From: Octopus bimaculoides | Lineage: Eukaryota | Assembly (NCBI RefSeq): GCF_001194135.2 | Contig: NC_068991.1 | Location: forward strand, 54,400,950 to 54,464,949 | Reading direction: 5' to 3' | DNA length: 64,000 nucleotides | Part shown: positions 38,081 through 51,089 of the stretch, one piece after another | Layout: every line of letters begins with the position of its first letter | Position numbering within the stretch: the stretch's first letter is position 1 | Made by a program: the position numbers and the translations under genes | The notes under the pieces: model-generated | The model's input: the letters and a program-made list of their open reading frames with translations, nothing else | The model's database searches: none | Told to the model about the DNA's origin: nothing

Positions 38081-40924
38081 TGCTTTCATCATAGAATTCA
38101 TTTTTGTATTTGGTTTGCATGATTCTTCATGTAGTGAGAAAGGACCCTCAGACTTTGGCCCTCAGAGATGACAAGGGACCAAGACGTCTGGCAGTTTTCT
38201 GTGCCTGAGAAGACACAACAAGCTAAGTAGAATTGTGACCATCCATACATACAGACTTGTCATCGACATCCCTCTCTCAGCTGAGAAGTCCTAGAAGTCC
38301 TGATGTTATATAAAATTACCCATGCCACATAAAAACACCCATGCCAGTGAAACCTAAACGTGCATGTGCCAGTGCCATGTAAAAGTAACCATGCCAGTGC
38401 CACATAAAAAGCACCCAGTATACTCTGTAAAGTGGTTGGCGTTAAGAAGGGCATCCACCTGTAGGAACCATGTCAAAGCAGGCCTTATGGAGCCCAGGCA
38501 GCTCTCTAGTTAGCCAGCTCCTGTCAAACCATCCAACCCATGCAAGCATGGAGAACAGCATTAAATGATGATGATGATGATGAATTCTTACGTCAAAACA
38601 AATTTTGTTGTATCTTGAGAGTCATTATGCCAGTAATAAACATGTGCACTGGTTTCATTTCTTTCTGAATTATAATAAAAATGTGAAATTGAACCAGTAC
38701 ACGTGTTTGTTACTGGTATTATGACCACACAAAATATGACAAATTTTAGAAATCAATTTGAATTTTAAAGTTCTCTTCCTTGTCTCTCATGATAAGAGTT
38801 ATCATTAAAACTATGGCTTTTCTCTCCATTACATGATTAATATCAATTGATTAAAAGAACGTTTCTTAGGCTTCAAGAATGTTAGCTCCTATTCTATTAT
38901 TTCACATTATAGCACCATACAATTTAAAATCCAATTTTTTGAAACCCTTACACATATAAGCACACACACACAAACACATAAATACACACAAGCACATAAA
39001 CATACACAAACAGGGACACACATACGGGTATACACACACACACACACACACGCACACACACACACACACACGTGTGCACACACACACACATGTGTGCACA
39101 AACACACACACACATGTGCACACACACACACACACACACACACAGATAAGTAAACATTACCCAATACGCACACAAGCATACACACGCACACAAACTCATG
39201 TGCACACACACACATACACATATAATCTTTTATCTGTTTCAGTCATTAGATGGTGGCCATGCTGGAGCACCACATTGAAGAATTTTAGTCAAATGAATTG
39301 ACCCCAGTATCTATTCTATAGGTCTCTTTTGCCAAATGCCCGAGTTGCAGCGATGCAAAAACACCAACGTCAATTGTTATGCAGTAGTGGGAGAAAAACA
39401 CAAGCACAAAGATACACATACAAGCACACACACACACACACAGCAGACTTCTTTCAGTTTGTCTACCAAATCCCTTCACAAGACTTAGGTCAGCCTGAGG
39501 CTATAGTAGAAGGCACTTACCCAAGGTGCTATGCAGTGGCACGGAACCCAGAACTATGTGGTTGAGAAGGAAACTTCTTACCACACAGCCAGGTCAATTC
39601 TTTAAATTCAATTTCCATCAGGCTTACCTTTACCTTTCATCTTTTTAGGCATATTTACCAGTAATACACTGTGGTGAATAAAAACAAAATTGGTTTGTAG
39701 ATTCTTAGAAGGAAACCATTTTTCATAAATTAAATAAAATGTCTTCCATGAAGGTTTGTGAAGACAAGAAACATTTCCTGAAGACCACCTCTACTACTTT
39801 AGTTTATAATTACCATTACGAAGCAGTGAGCTGGCAGAATCATTAGCACACTGGGCAAAATGCTTAGTGGCATTTGCCCATCTTCATGTTCTGAGTTCAA
39901 TTTCTGCTGAGGTTGACTTTGCCTTACATCCTTTTGGGGTCGATAAAATAAGTACCAGTTGAGCACTGGGGTTGATATAATTGACTAGCTCCCTCCCCCA
40001 AACTAGCTGGCCTTGGGCCAAAATTTAAAACCTTTATTATTACATTGAAATATTTTGCAATGAATCAAAAAAGTAGCACCTATGAGGTTAGTTAAACTAC
40101 TTGAAATAACAGTTAACTCTCCCTTCAAAACTAGAACATACTTGATATTGTAATTCTCAATACATTATGACTGAATACAGGACTGTATAATCATGGTAGG
40201 AAGAATTTGGTAATTAAGAAAAGCACGATTAGAGAAATTGCATCTGAGAAATGAAGAGTTGTAAAACATAGCAAGTTTGTTGACCAGAGCTTGACAGGCA
40301 AACAAATGAAGTTGTTCCAAGGAGGAGAACAAACAGGTATTAAAACCAATGTCAAATGCAAATGAATCATTCTTACTAAATGAAAAACCAGGCAGACTCC
40401 AATAAAAGAACTGGGAACAAGTTGTTTATTTTAAAGAACACTGAATTCTGATTCGTGCCAGATTGTTTATCTAGATTTGTAGAAGCAGATTAGTCAAGTT
40501 CAACAAGATCTACAGATTCTAATTATACTCTTCAGAAATCGATATTTGCTTACAGTATACTGATATATTAGAGATTCTTGTCATAGATAATGACCCTTCA
40601 ATTCATTGTAAGATGCCAAAACATTTGAATTCAGTTATAGCTTTGACTAGATATATATCGCCATGCTATAAATTTTCTCAATGCAGTGAAGGGAATGAAT
40701 GAGCATGAGAAAAAATCTGCTAAAGAAAGTAAAGCAAAACATATTTTTATCAATCAATGTTGGTTCCTATGCATAATCATATTAAATCCTTGAACAGTTT
40801 TAAATTTATATAACTCTAGATCTTTGTGTGTAACAGAAGTAATCTATAAAAAGAATAATTGAAATAATTTATTACGTTTATAAATAGATTTATTCTTGAG
40901 ATTGCTTATTTTTAATAAGTACAC

Positions 40925-41063
40925 AACTAAGTACAGGCATGGCTGTGTGGTAAGAAGTTTGCTTTTCAACCACATGATCCTGGGTTCAATCCTATTGTGT
41001 GGCAGCCTTGGGTCAACCAAAGTTTTGTGAGTTAATTTGGTAGATGGAAACTGAAAAAGCCCA

Positions 41064-41109
<46 letters not shown>

Positions 41110-41675
41110 AAGGATGTTCAGTGGTTAGAGCATCAGATTCACCATCATGAGGTAGTGAGTTTGATTCCCAGACTGGGTTGTGTGTTGTGTTCTTGAGCAA
41201 GACACTTTAATTCATGTTGCTCCAGTTCACTCAGTTGTAAAAATGAATTGCAACGTCACTGATTCCAAGCTGTATTGGCATTTGCCTTGCCCTTGGATAA
41301 AATATGTGACATGGAGAGGAGAGGCTAGTGTGCATGGGTGACTGCTGGTCTTCCATAAACAACCTTGCCTGGACTTGTGCCTCGGAGGGGAACTTTCTAG
41401 GTGCAATCCCATGGTCATTCAAGGCCGAAGAGGGTCTTTACTGTGTGTGTGTGTGTGTAATTTGTGTCTGTTTATTTCCCACCAATGCTTGACAATCAGT
41501 GTTGGTATGTTTACATCCCAGTAGCATAGCATCAGCAAAAGGGATCAACAGAATAAGCATGAGGCTTTAATAAATATAAGTACTGGGGTCAATTCATTCA
41601 ACTAAGATTCTTTAAGGTGGTGTTCCAGCATGGCCACAATCTAATGACTAAAAACAATAAAAGATAAAAGATAAC
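40925..41675 (+). mobile_element. SINE family A with a complete family D SINE nested in its (TG)n linker (41108-41441)
   Basis: A 5' half, (TG)n, D element from tRNA head to ccgaagagggtctttac, (TG)n, A 3' half. Confidence 0.8.
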
Positions 41676-42220
41676 ATTGTTTGTTCTAAAGTTCAAGAAA
41701 TACATTTTGAAACTGGTTTTCAGATATGCCCTGAACCACATTAGTTATTGTAGTCTGCAAGAGTCATCTACAGAATGAAGTTTACTTGAATAAGCAGTAC
41801 TTGGACTACGGACTTGCTGGGGCACTGCCTTGAAGGTTTGGTCAAACAAATCATCCCTAGTACTTATTTTCAAGTCTGGTACTTTTTCTATCAGACCCTT
41901 TAACCAAACCACTAAGTTACTGGTACATAAACAAAACCAAGATTGGTACTTATTATCAAGGCAGCAAACTGGCAGAATTGTTAGCACTCTGAGCAACATG
42001 CTTTGTGACATTTCAGCTGTCTTCACATTTTGAGTTCAAATTTTACCTTTTATCATTTCATGGTCAATAAAATAAGTACCAGTTAAGCACTGGGGTTGAT
42101 TTAATTACCTTAGCCACTTCCCTCAAACTTATGGCCTTGTACCAAAATTTGAAACCATTATTATTGTCATTACTGTTATTATTATTACATACTAAAAAAT
42201 TTCCTATTTTTCTCCCCCAG

Positions 42221-42296
42221 TATCTGTCTTGTCTCTCAACTAGTTCATCAAATGACAAACTGGCATTCGATGTCGGCTTACAAGAAATGGCTGAAG
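42221..42296 (+). CDS. RyR: Ryanodine receptor, exon equivalent to RYR1 exon 5 (76 nt, phase 0-1)
   Basis: tttctcccccag acceptor, GAAG/gtaaaa donor. Translates YLSCLSTSSSNDKLAFDVGLQEMAE(G); STSSSNDKL resembles invertebrate RyRs. Embedded in ORF-track entry 42131..42373. Confidence 0.97.
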
Positions 42297-43629
42297 GTAA
42301 AATATTCTTTCTTTTTTTTTTTACTTCAAAGTTCATTGCTTTATTATCTATATCTTTCTTTCTTCTAAATTAAACCAACTTTTGTTCATTCATTCCTATT
42401 TTTCTTTCTGTATCTCACTTTTCCTTTTCTATTACATTTGATCAACTTTCAAATATTTTCCTATTTATCTTTTCTTTCCCACAGGAACCTTTCACTCTAT
42501 GAAACTATCATATCCACTCTTCTGCTTTTGAATGACATTTCTCTTAAGACCTCTCTGATCATAAACCTAGATTTGACAGTGGCCTTAACCTATTAATCTT
42601 CACTCTAAATTATAAATTTTAAAAAATAAAATAAAATTGTGGGCAATTTTGACTTTAATTTCCTTCAAGAAATAAATAAGGCAGCAAGCATACAAATTCA
42701 CAACTTTAGATACTTTGAACGTATTATCATTTATCATCTTCATAAATATTAGTGGAAGATTCAATGAGTTGTCATTTGATTAGAGCCATATCTTTTTAAC
42801 CCTTTTGATCACAACCAATCCAAAAACCACCTTGGTTCTATAATACAAATTCCCTATTTTTAAGTGATCTAAATTAAAATTTCTCATCCAAATTTCATGC
42901 TATTTTCATTTCAAACCCTAGCTTAATATGAATAAAGTTATTTCAATAAATTTATTATTTTCAAAATTAATTTAAACAAAGGATGTATTTTTCAACACAA
43001 AAACAGGAATAATAATGGTTAGATTACAGTATTACCCCTAAAGCTAATGCTTCTTTAATTCTCAAATATCCTTGGAGCTAGTATACATTGCTGGTTTCTC
43101 ATTTGTTCAGAGGTAAATAATTCATAATTATTAGAACATACATATAACCAATAAATACTTCAACAACGAATATTTTCAGGACAAAATTAATTATACATAA
43201 CTGAAGGGTCAATATAAAGTACATCAAGAAAGTCTTGTTAGCTTTCACAAGTTAAGGAATTTACAGAAAATTCATCATGATAAATTTACTGGGAGTAATT
43301 ATATCATGGTGAATATACTATTTTGTAATTTCATCACCTGGTAAATCTATTTCAAGGTAATTCCACCATGAATAACTTATATCATTAGGCAATTTATCTT
43401 AAGTTGTTTTGTTTTATTTTTTGTTTTCTCAGAATAAAAAGGTTGCATTAAAAAAAGTCAACCAAATTTTTTTTAAATAAATAAATGTTGAGATAAATAT
43501 ATTTTGATCATTTCTCTTTTATCGTTTACTTGTTTCGGTCACTGAACTGTGGCTCTGCTGGGTCTCTGCCTCAATAGGTTTAGTCAAACAAATCAACCCC
43601 CAGTACTTACCTTTTAAGTCTGGTACTTC

Positions 43630-44918
43630 TATTAGCCCTGTCAAAGGCTTTCTCCAAGTCAATAAAGACCAAGTACAGAGGTTTATCTTTGGATATGTAT
43701 TTCTCATGCAGCTGCCTTACCAGAAATATAGCATCAATGGTGCTTTTCCCTGGCACAAAACCAAACTGCATCTCATCTAAACTAACTCCCTTCCTAATTA
43801 GTTGGGCTATGACTCTCTCCATAACTTTCATCACCTGATCCAGCAATTTGATACCTCTGTAATTATTTCTATCTAAGGCATCACCTTTACCTTTGTAGCA
43901 GTTGACTATGGTGTTGCTACACTAGTCATTGGATATCACTCCTTTGCAAACTGCTTGATGTATAATATGGGTGACAAGACCATAACCCACACCACCAGAT
44001 ATTTTAAGCATCTCAGTGGTGATTCCTGATGGGCCGGGGGCTTTTCCTGTCTTCATATCTTCAATTGCTTTATCTATCATGGAACTGTTGATTCGAGTAG
44101 CCAGTCCCTCAACTGGGTCAACATTTAGCAGACTCTCCTCCTCCCATTCATTCTCTACGTTCAGCAGTCTTTTATAATGGCATTTCCAAGCCTCTTTCTT
44201 TGCAGAATCATTACATGCAAGTGCACCATCATCTATACAGACATATTTCTCTCCTATGCATCATGAATTTCTCTCACACACTATCTTGCAATCTGAAACA
44301 CTTCAGTTCTTTGGTACTCACCATCGTTGAACATAGGCAAACTTCTTCTTTTCTGCTTTTCTCTTGGCTAGATATACTTGTTTCCTAGCATCCCTTCTAG
44401 CAATCTGATATAGTTCCCTGCTACCTCCATTCTTCCAGGCCTTCCAGGCCTGTTTTTTTTAGCTCTAATGGCCCTATCTACCATATTGTTCCACCACCAC
44501 ATTACTTTAGGTCTGAATAGGACTTTTCACCAGCCACAGATTTAGTTTGTGGCACTCAGCAAGCTGTCCCTCAGGAATTTCCAGTTGACCTCTATGTCAC
44601 AAGTCTGTAGCTCTTCCTCCCTTTCATTGAATTTCTCAATTTGGACATCCCTAAATTTCTGACCATATGAAGGGTCCTTAAGCTTCCAAATCCTTCTTTT
44701 CCAGATCGGTTTACTTCTTGGCATCCTTTTAGCCTAGAGTTTAAAGTCACTAGTCTATGCTNNNNNNNNNNNNNNNNNNNNNNNNNNNNNNGGGGGGGGG
44801 GGATACATTCTTCACCAGGGAGGGTCTTTGTATTTAGGAGCAGCCATGCATCCCACTATCTTGTGAAAATGTAATTAATCTGGCTAGCACAGACACCTGA
44901 TTGGTAGGTTATCAGGTA

Positions 44919-44959
<41 letters not shown>

Positions 44960-45115
44960 TTCCTGAAGTGCATGCTGCAGATCAAAAGGTTATTTGCATC
45001 ACAGAACTTCAGTAGCCTTGTTCTCTTTTTGTTTTGGGAGCCAAATCCATGGCTCCCATGCACACCATGGAAGATACCAGGCTGCCATCTAACATGCCCG
45101 TTGAATCTCCAGCCA
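43630..45115 (-). mobile_element. RTE LINE fragment (endonuclease end to RT domain 3)
   Basis: FNGHV..QPGIFHGVHG.HGFG..N...RLLKFCDANNL (APE); WKLKDP linker; LDQVMKVMERVIAQLIR..LDEMQFGFVPGKSTIDAIFLVRQL.EK..LYLVFIDLEKAFDR (ORF 43607..43846). Confidence 0.92.
44919..44959. repeat. (GCTG)n tetranucleotide microsatellite inside RTE coding sequence
   Basis: About 10 units, read directly; gives PASQPASQ in ORF 44884..45282. Confidence 0.95.
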
Positions 45116-47889
45116 TTACACACATATATATATATATATAATATTTTCCCATAGCCAGGTATCTTTTCCATGGAAGATTGGAAAAAGAAAAATATCAATT
45201 GTATGATGGTGATGCTCATTTTGCAACCATTCAATGATGTCAAGGCAAGGTTACATACACACACACACATACACATACACACAAACGCATTCTCTCACTC
45301 ACTTACCTACACTCTGTAAAATGATTAATAAAAAACTGTGTAAATAATGTATAAATATATCCAAATAATGTTTGGTGACATATTTAATCTCTTAATAAAA
45401 ACCTGATAATAGATTTAGTGGTAATGAATTAGTGACAATGGAATTACCTTGCAATGTATTGACTTGCGATGTATTTACCTGTTGATGACAATACAAGTAA
45501 TATATTCACTGTGAAATAATATCCATTATGAATCAACCACAATGAGTTTATTGATTATCAGTTAAAAGGTAGTTTGATTCGTCAAGCTGTTTTATGCTCT
45601 CATAAGTAATTGAGAAGGATTTTCCACTGGATAGGGTACTGATCTATCTTAAGTACCTTTCCCTAACAAGCTAATAAATGAATCAGTCTTTACTTCCATA
45701 GCATAGCTGCTGTTTACAGTAGTACCTACTGAGAACTCAGCTATCAAGAATTAAATATTTTGGTTCCCCAACACTACATAACTCTGCTACTTGAGTAGGA
45801 ATTACCGATCTCTGAGCTAATCGTCTTCGCATTCAATTAACTCAATCAATCCAGGCTCTCGTTAACATTAAAAGTTCTCTATAAATGAAATAATTTATTA
45901 AGTCTTTTCAATTAACAAGGAAATTAACAGTTGTAAAGTGAGTCAAATTCTAAAGTGAGTCAAAGCAGTTCTAAAGTGAGTAGTTTGAAATAAAGTTTAG
46001 TAGCCAAGAATTGATAATTAGGCATTGCTAGTGTAGCTGGTTGTTTTAAATTATGGTTAGGCAATGAAAATAGTGCTGATAGCATGAATGTCACCCAATC
46101 TAGAAGTGCTAAACAAATATGGTTGGTCTGAATCACTTTTTGGCTTACAACAAGAATCTTTATACCACAATATTGTCCCATTATTAGAACATGGAAGTAT
46201 GATTTGTGGATATGGAGACTATGATTTTTATATATTATTATTTCACAGAGAAGTAAAATTAGTTTGCTGTAGCTGAAATTTACAATACCTTTAAAACAAC
46301 ATTTTGATAAAAATGTACTAAAATTGGAATTTTTCAGAATTTTCCTGACAGTTTAGATTTTAATAATTGCTTTATTTAACAATAGTTACATACTGCAAAC
46401 AAATTAATAAGTAGCTTTCTTTATTATAATATATATAGAATAGAAACAATTTACTGTAGTCGATATTCAATTAGAATATGCTAAAGATATTTAATAATTT
46501 ACAGAATATTACATTGCTTCAGATTTTATAATTTATGGAATATTATATAACACCCACCTTGAGTTCTATAAAATATGTTTTTAAAAATATAGACGTAAGA
46601 ATAGCTGTTTTTTATTCTCATTTTAAAGTTATATTTCTAATATGACTTTTTTTTTTAATAAATAAAAGAACATTATTTGTTGTGAATAATTTGTTCTTGT
46701 TTCAATATTGCATAGACTATGTTTCCTGAGCTGAAATATGTTAATTATTTTAACTGTTTTCTAACGATAGCTTTTATATTTTTTTAAGTGACATTGATTC
46801 TTTTAATTTTCTATTTTTTCTCATAGCTGTGAAATGTAAACGAACATTGTGTATTTTTTGTTAATAATCATCCATTTATTTTTCATAGCCAATATGAACA
46901 ACTTATGCAGGCCTATGAAAAATCTAATTAGAAATACTTATGTGGTAAGGAAAAGACAACATTAGCTCAGTGACTGATAGTATTTATTTTGGCAAGTACG
47001 AAAGAGAGACAAATTTGAACATGTTCCAATCTTAGTACACAACTTCAGTGAAGTATAGACCTCACTTTACATACTGAAGTAATCATAAGAGAATCACCTA
47101 CAAATGTGTAATAGTCTACAGAAGTAGCCATGAAAAATACTGTTTTGTTAAGGGCTATTGAGCTAGATCCATTAGAAGCATAACATGTGAAAAAGGCTTT
47201 TCATTGGATTTATCTTCAGAATCCAGTTATCATTCTGTTATTTTAATCTAGTTTAATTTAAGGTATTTCTAAAGTTCTACATTTAGTGAAAATAATTATA
47301 CTTGTCATATGTGGTGGGGGTGCACACATAAAATATCATGTACCATGAATACCAAACAGTTTTGGCATACAAAAGAATATTTGATGTTAAGGCATGTTAT
47401 AATAGTTAAAAAATATTTAGTTTTGTTTCACAATAGTAATATTGGGTTCCCATCACTCATATGTTTTACATATCTGGAGGTAACGACTTCACAACCATAA
47501 GTTTAATCTTACTGCTGACTGATATTGTATTTCTGACCATGCTCTTCAACAACAAGGTAAGATCTGAAATCCAAAAGAAATGGTGCATATCTGCAGTGAC
47601 AATAGTTAATCCATAAAAGTTTGTAGGAAAAAAAGTAAATAAATTACAATGAGTTTGATTTGACATGAAGAGTGGAAAATCCACCATTTTGGACACTTGT
47701 CCTTTGGAAAGAAAGAATGTAGAGGTAAATACTATAGTCAGTAAAGGACACACAGTTATATCCTCTGTATACTTTCTCTCGCTGTAATTTATTTCCCATA
47801 AACTTTTATTTATACAATAAATTTTGCTGCAGATTTGTATCAAGATGAGGGAAGGGCAATGACCTAAACATACTACTGTCTAATATTTT

Positions 47890-48140
47890 ATTAATCTTCT
47901 CCAAAAAATTCTTCCCAAGTTTATCTTGGTCTATAATTACAGTGTGTACTCTACACTGTCAACTCTCAGCACTTTGTATCACATCCATTAACATGTCCAT
48001 TATGCTCAAACCAGTGCAGACCAATACCTCCAGCTTTCATCTGATTTTTAAACTCATTTATGCTCAGGATAATTCTTATGAATTAGCTCTGCATAATTCA
48101 ATAGTCCACTTAACACATTCCTCTCTAGTCACTGCAGATC
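47890..48140 (-). mobile_element. RTE LINE 3' end fragment, decayed
   Basis: Minus strand LHWFEH...KC.ELTV....RPR*TWEE matches RTE LRWFGHV...GRPRKTW. Confidence 0.55.
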
Positions 48141-48744
48141 TTCTTGTCTTCTGCATTCATTATTCATATTCTACAAGCATTCATCATTGCATGTAATACA
48201 TTATGTATTTTACCTTTTGTACATGGAGAGAAAACTATATTTTCAACACAAGTTTTCTCACCTACACTAGTATTTTTCCCCTTAGGCCCATCTCTAGTAC
48301 ATATATTTTCTAGATAGTAGAAGTTATATTGTAACTCGTTGCACTGAGTCAACCATGCAGCCCATGATCTTCTTTTTGTGACTGCTCTTACCAACAAACA
48401 CTTCAAAGCAGTAACAATGCATATAAAATAGCTGTTATCCATTGGTCAGCTGGAGATTTCATTACTTGTGAGGTGATGTCCAGTGTTCAAATATAATTCT
48501 GTATCACATAAAATGTCTAATGCATTCTTTATACCGAAACATTAACGCAACTGAATACAAAACTACAAAGAAAGTTTTAAATATAAAACTTATCTAAACT
48601 ACCTAATTTATAATTGTTGTTCTAACTCAAATAAAATTAGTTTGGGATTCACTAAAAATTCTTTATATTCTTAGAATCCTATTTAACTTTGAGTTGCTTC
48701 CACTACCTTAATTATTTAATGACCTATATATAATCAAAACATGC

Positions 48745-48811
<67 letters not shown>

Positions 48812-50375
48812 TGTGTGTGTGTGTATGTATATAAAATCTGCTTAAAAACCAATTTTACTTCTTTTAACACCTCTATCATTCAATAAATATTTTAGTGGTT
48901 CAGTTCTACTTTGGAAATATTATAAATGTATTCTTTAATTCTTTTTTATTTGTAGATAAAAGTCGCCAGTCTGGTACAGTAAGCTGTTCTCGGTTTTGCA
49001 TGTTTAGTCTGTCGGCTTCATTGCATTTTAAAACCCTTCTTTTCTATCTTCTGCTGTTTGCTTTCAGTCTCCTTGTAAATATTCCAATCTTCCTTTCTGT
49101 CTCAAACCATCATTTTATTATTATTTTTTTAATTTCAGTTTATTCTAATTGGGGTGTAAGCAAGGAAAGTTAAGGAGGGCTGTTTGGCATTAAATATTCT
49201 AATTTTTATTTCAAATTTTGAATTTCTGTCATTTTCTAGGTGATGTTTATGCAGCTGCTGATTTCTTCTAAATATTATATACCATTTTCTCTGCCCTCCT
49301 ATTTTCCCATTTTTAAACCTTTCATATTTTTACATATATATACATATTGGCTACACTCCTAAAACAACTTCATTTTTATTGCTTTTTGCCATCTATTGTG
49401 TCTGTATTGTGTCTTTCTCTGTATGAACTTGCATTCTTTCATACCATTTCTCTGATCTGATTATTATATATTTTCTACAAACATTGTCCATCTGTATATT
49501 CAGTTGCAACTATTCTTAATTTTCTTTTAAATTTTTTTTTTAAGGTCTCTTCATTTTTTTCTTTCATTTTTTTTTTTTTTGCCTTTCTACATAAAATATA
49601 TTTATTATATACCATTCCATTATGCATGAAGAAATGAAAACATTTCTTGTCTTTCCATCATTTTCCCTTTTTCTTCTTCCCCTACTTTCTCCTACTCTTT
49701 CTCTCTCCCTCTCTTTCTCTTGCTTACTATGTATTTCTTTGTAATTTGTTCTATTGAAAGTTTTCTTATATTTAAAAAGTATTATTTGAAGAAAAAACAC
49801 ATCATTGAGAGTATGATATAGAACAATTCAACAAATTACCATTTCTGTTCTTGTACACACATACGGACACACACACACAATCAGTATTGCAAACAAAATA
49901 ATGATTGATATATATATATATATTTGTGTGTGTGCGCTTTTAAGCTAAATATGACTTAAGCTTATCTAAGTTTATTTGTATGTGTGTATATTTATATATG
50001 TGTGTACATTTACATACATATATATTATACATATATGTATATATACATGTATGTGTGTGTTTGTGTGTATGTGTGTGTGTGTGCATGCACATGCAGATAT
50101 ATATGTACACACATGCACACAATATTCATATATATATATCGTTGTTATCAAATATACAAAATAAATGATTTCCAGTTCATTAAAAATAACTAATTTAAAG
50201 CATGGAATTTAGTGTATAATCACGTACTTGTTACTATTTTGGCGTGTTAGAGAGACACAATTTCCATGATGAGCATTGAGTAATTCAAAATGCTTGTTTC
50301 AAGTGTAAGGTTTCCATTAAAATGTAATATAACATAATATAATAGATATGCATATATATGTGTGTGTATATATAT

Positions 50376-50424
<49 letters not shown>

Positions 50425-50791
50425 NNNNNNNNNNNNNNNNNNNNNNNNNNNNNNNNNNNNNNNNNNNNNNNNNNNNNNNNNNNNNNNNNNNNNNNNNNNN
50501 NNNNNNNNNNNNNNNNNNNNNNNNNNNNNNNNNNNNNNNNNNNNNNNNNNNNNNNNNNNNNNNNNNNNNNNNNNNNNNNNNNNNNNNNNNNNNNNNNNNN
50601 NNNNNNNNNNNNNNNNNNNNNNNNNNNNNNNNNNNNNNNNNNNNNNNNNNNNNNATGTATGTATGTATGTATATGTATATGTAATATATATATACACACA
50701 CACATACATATATATACACATATATATCTTTGTAAGTAAATATTTTTGTGGAGTATCATATTTGTTTTAGTTTTAAAAGGACAAATATTGA

Positions 50792-50832
50792 CAGTTACTT
50801 TGAAGTTTCAGTTGGTAGCCTTCATCAGACTG
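50792..50832 (-). ncRNA. Minimal type I hammerhead motif with decayed helix II
   Basis: CAGU CUGAUGA AGGCUACCAACU GAAA CUUCAAAG UA ACUG. 4 bp helix I, near-palindromic ACUUCAAAGU, GUA triplet. Confidence 0.65.
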
Positions 50833-50893
50833 GTGAGGCTACAAAGTTGAAATAGTAAGGGTCAGCTTTTTCTCTACATGTCTGATGTACACA

Positions 50894-50930
<37 letters not shown>

Positions 50931-51089
50931 ACACACTACAAATGCACATATATATGTGGAGAGCTTCTAACACTGCAATGATAGTAATAATGATTTATTA
51001 ATTTCTCATATATTGTGTCGAGTCTGAATCAGGTTTTGTTACTACTGAAAACTGTATCTAAAAACAGTAGCAATCTCACCCTTACTGAT

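Noticed and set aside
38902-39301. ORFs rich in HTHT, CVCV, IYIY, poly-I, poly-N, poly-S or poly-H throughout the window
   Set aside because: Translations of (CA)n, (AT)n, (AAT)n and (GAT)n microsatellites.
46088-46276. ORF MSPNLEV...IVPLLEHGSMICG
   Set aside because: Resembles a decayed CR1/L2 RT C-terminal motif (..VRP.LEY.S.IW) rather than a host gene; too weak to list as a feature.
47466-48442. Minus-strand ORFs of 125 and 92 aa suggesting a nested antisense gene
   Set aside because: No recognisable protein similarity; the sequence between them is a decayed RTE 3' end.
49240-49271. Possible alternative terminal RyR exon (ttttctag/GT GAT GTT..., giving GDVYAAADFF*), and a similar one at 42485 (GTFHSMKLSYPLFCF*)
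   Set aside because: Acceptor-like sites followed by a short open frame arise readily in AT-rich introns (two found by eye); no RyR homology or nearby poly(A) evidence. Needs RNA data.
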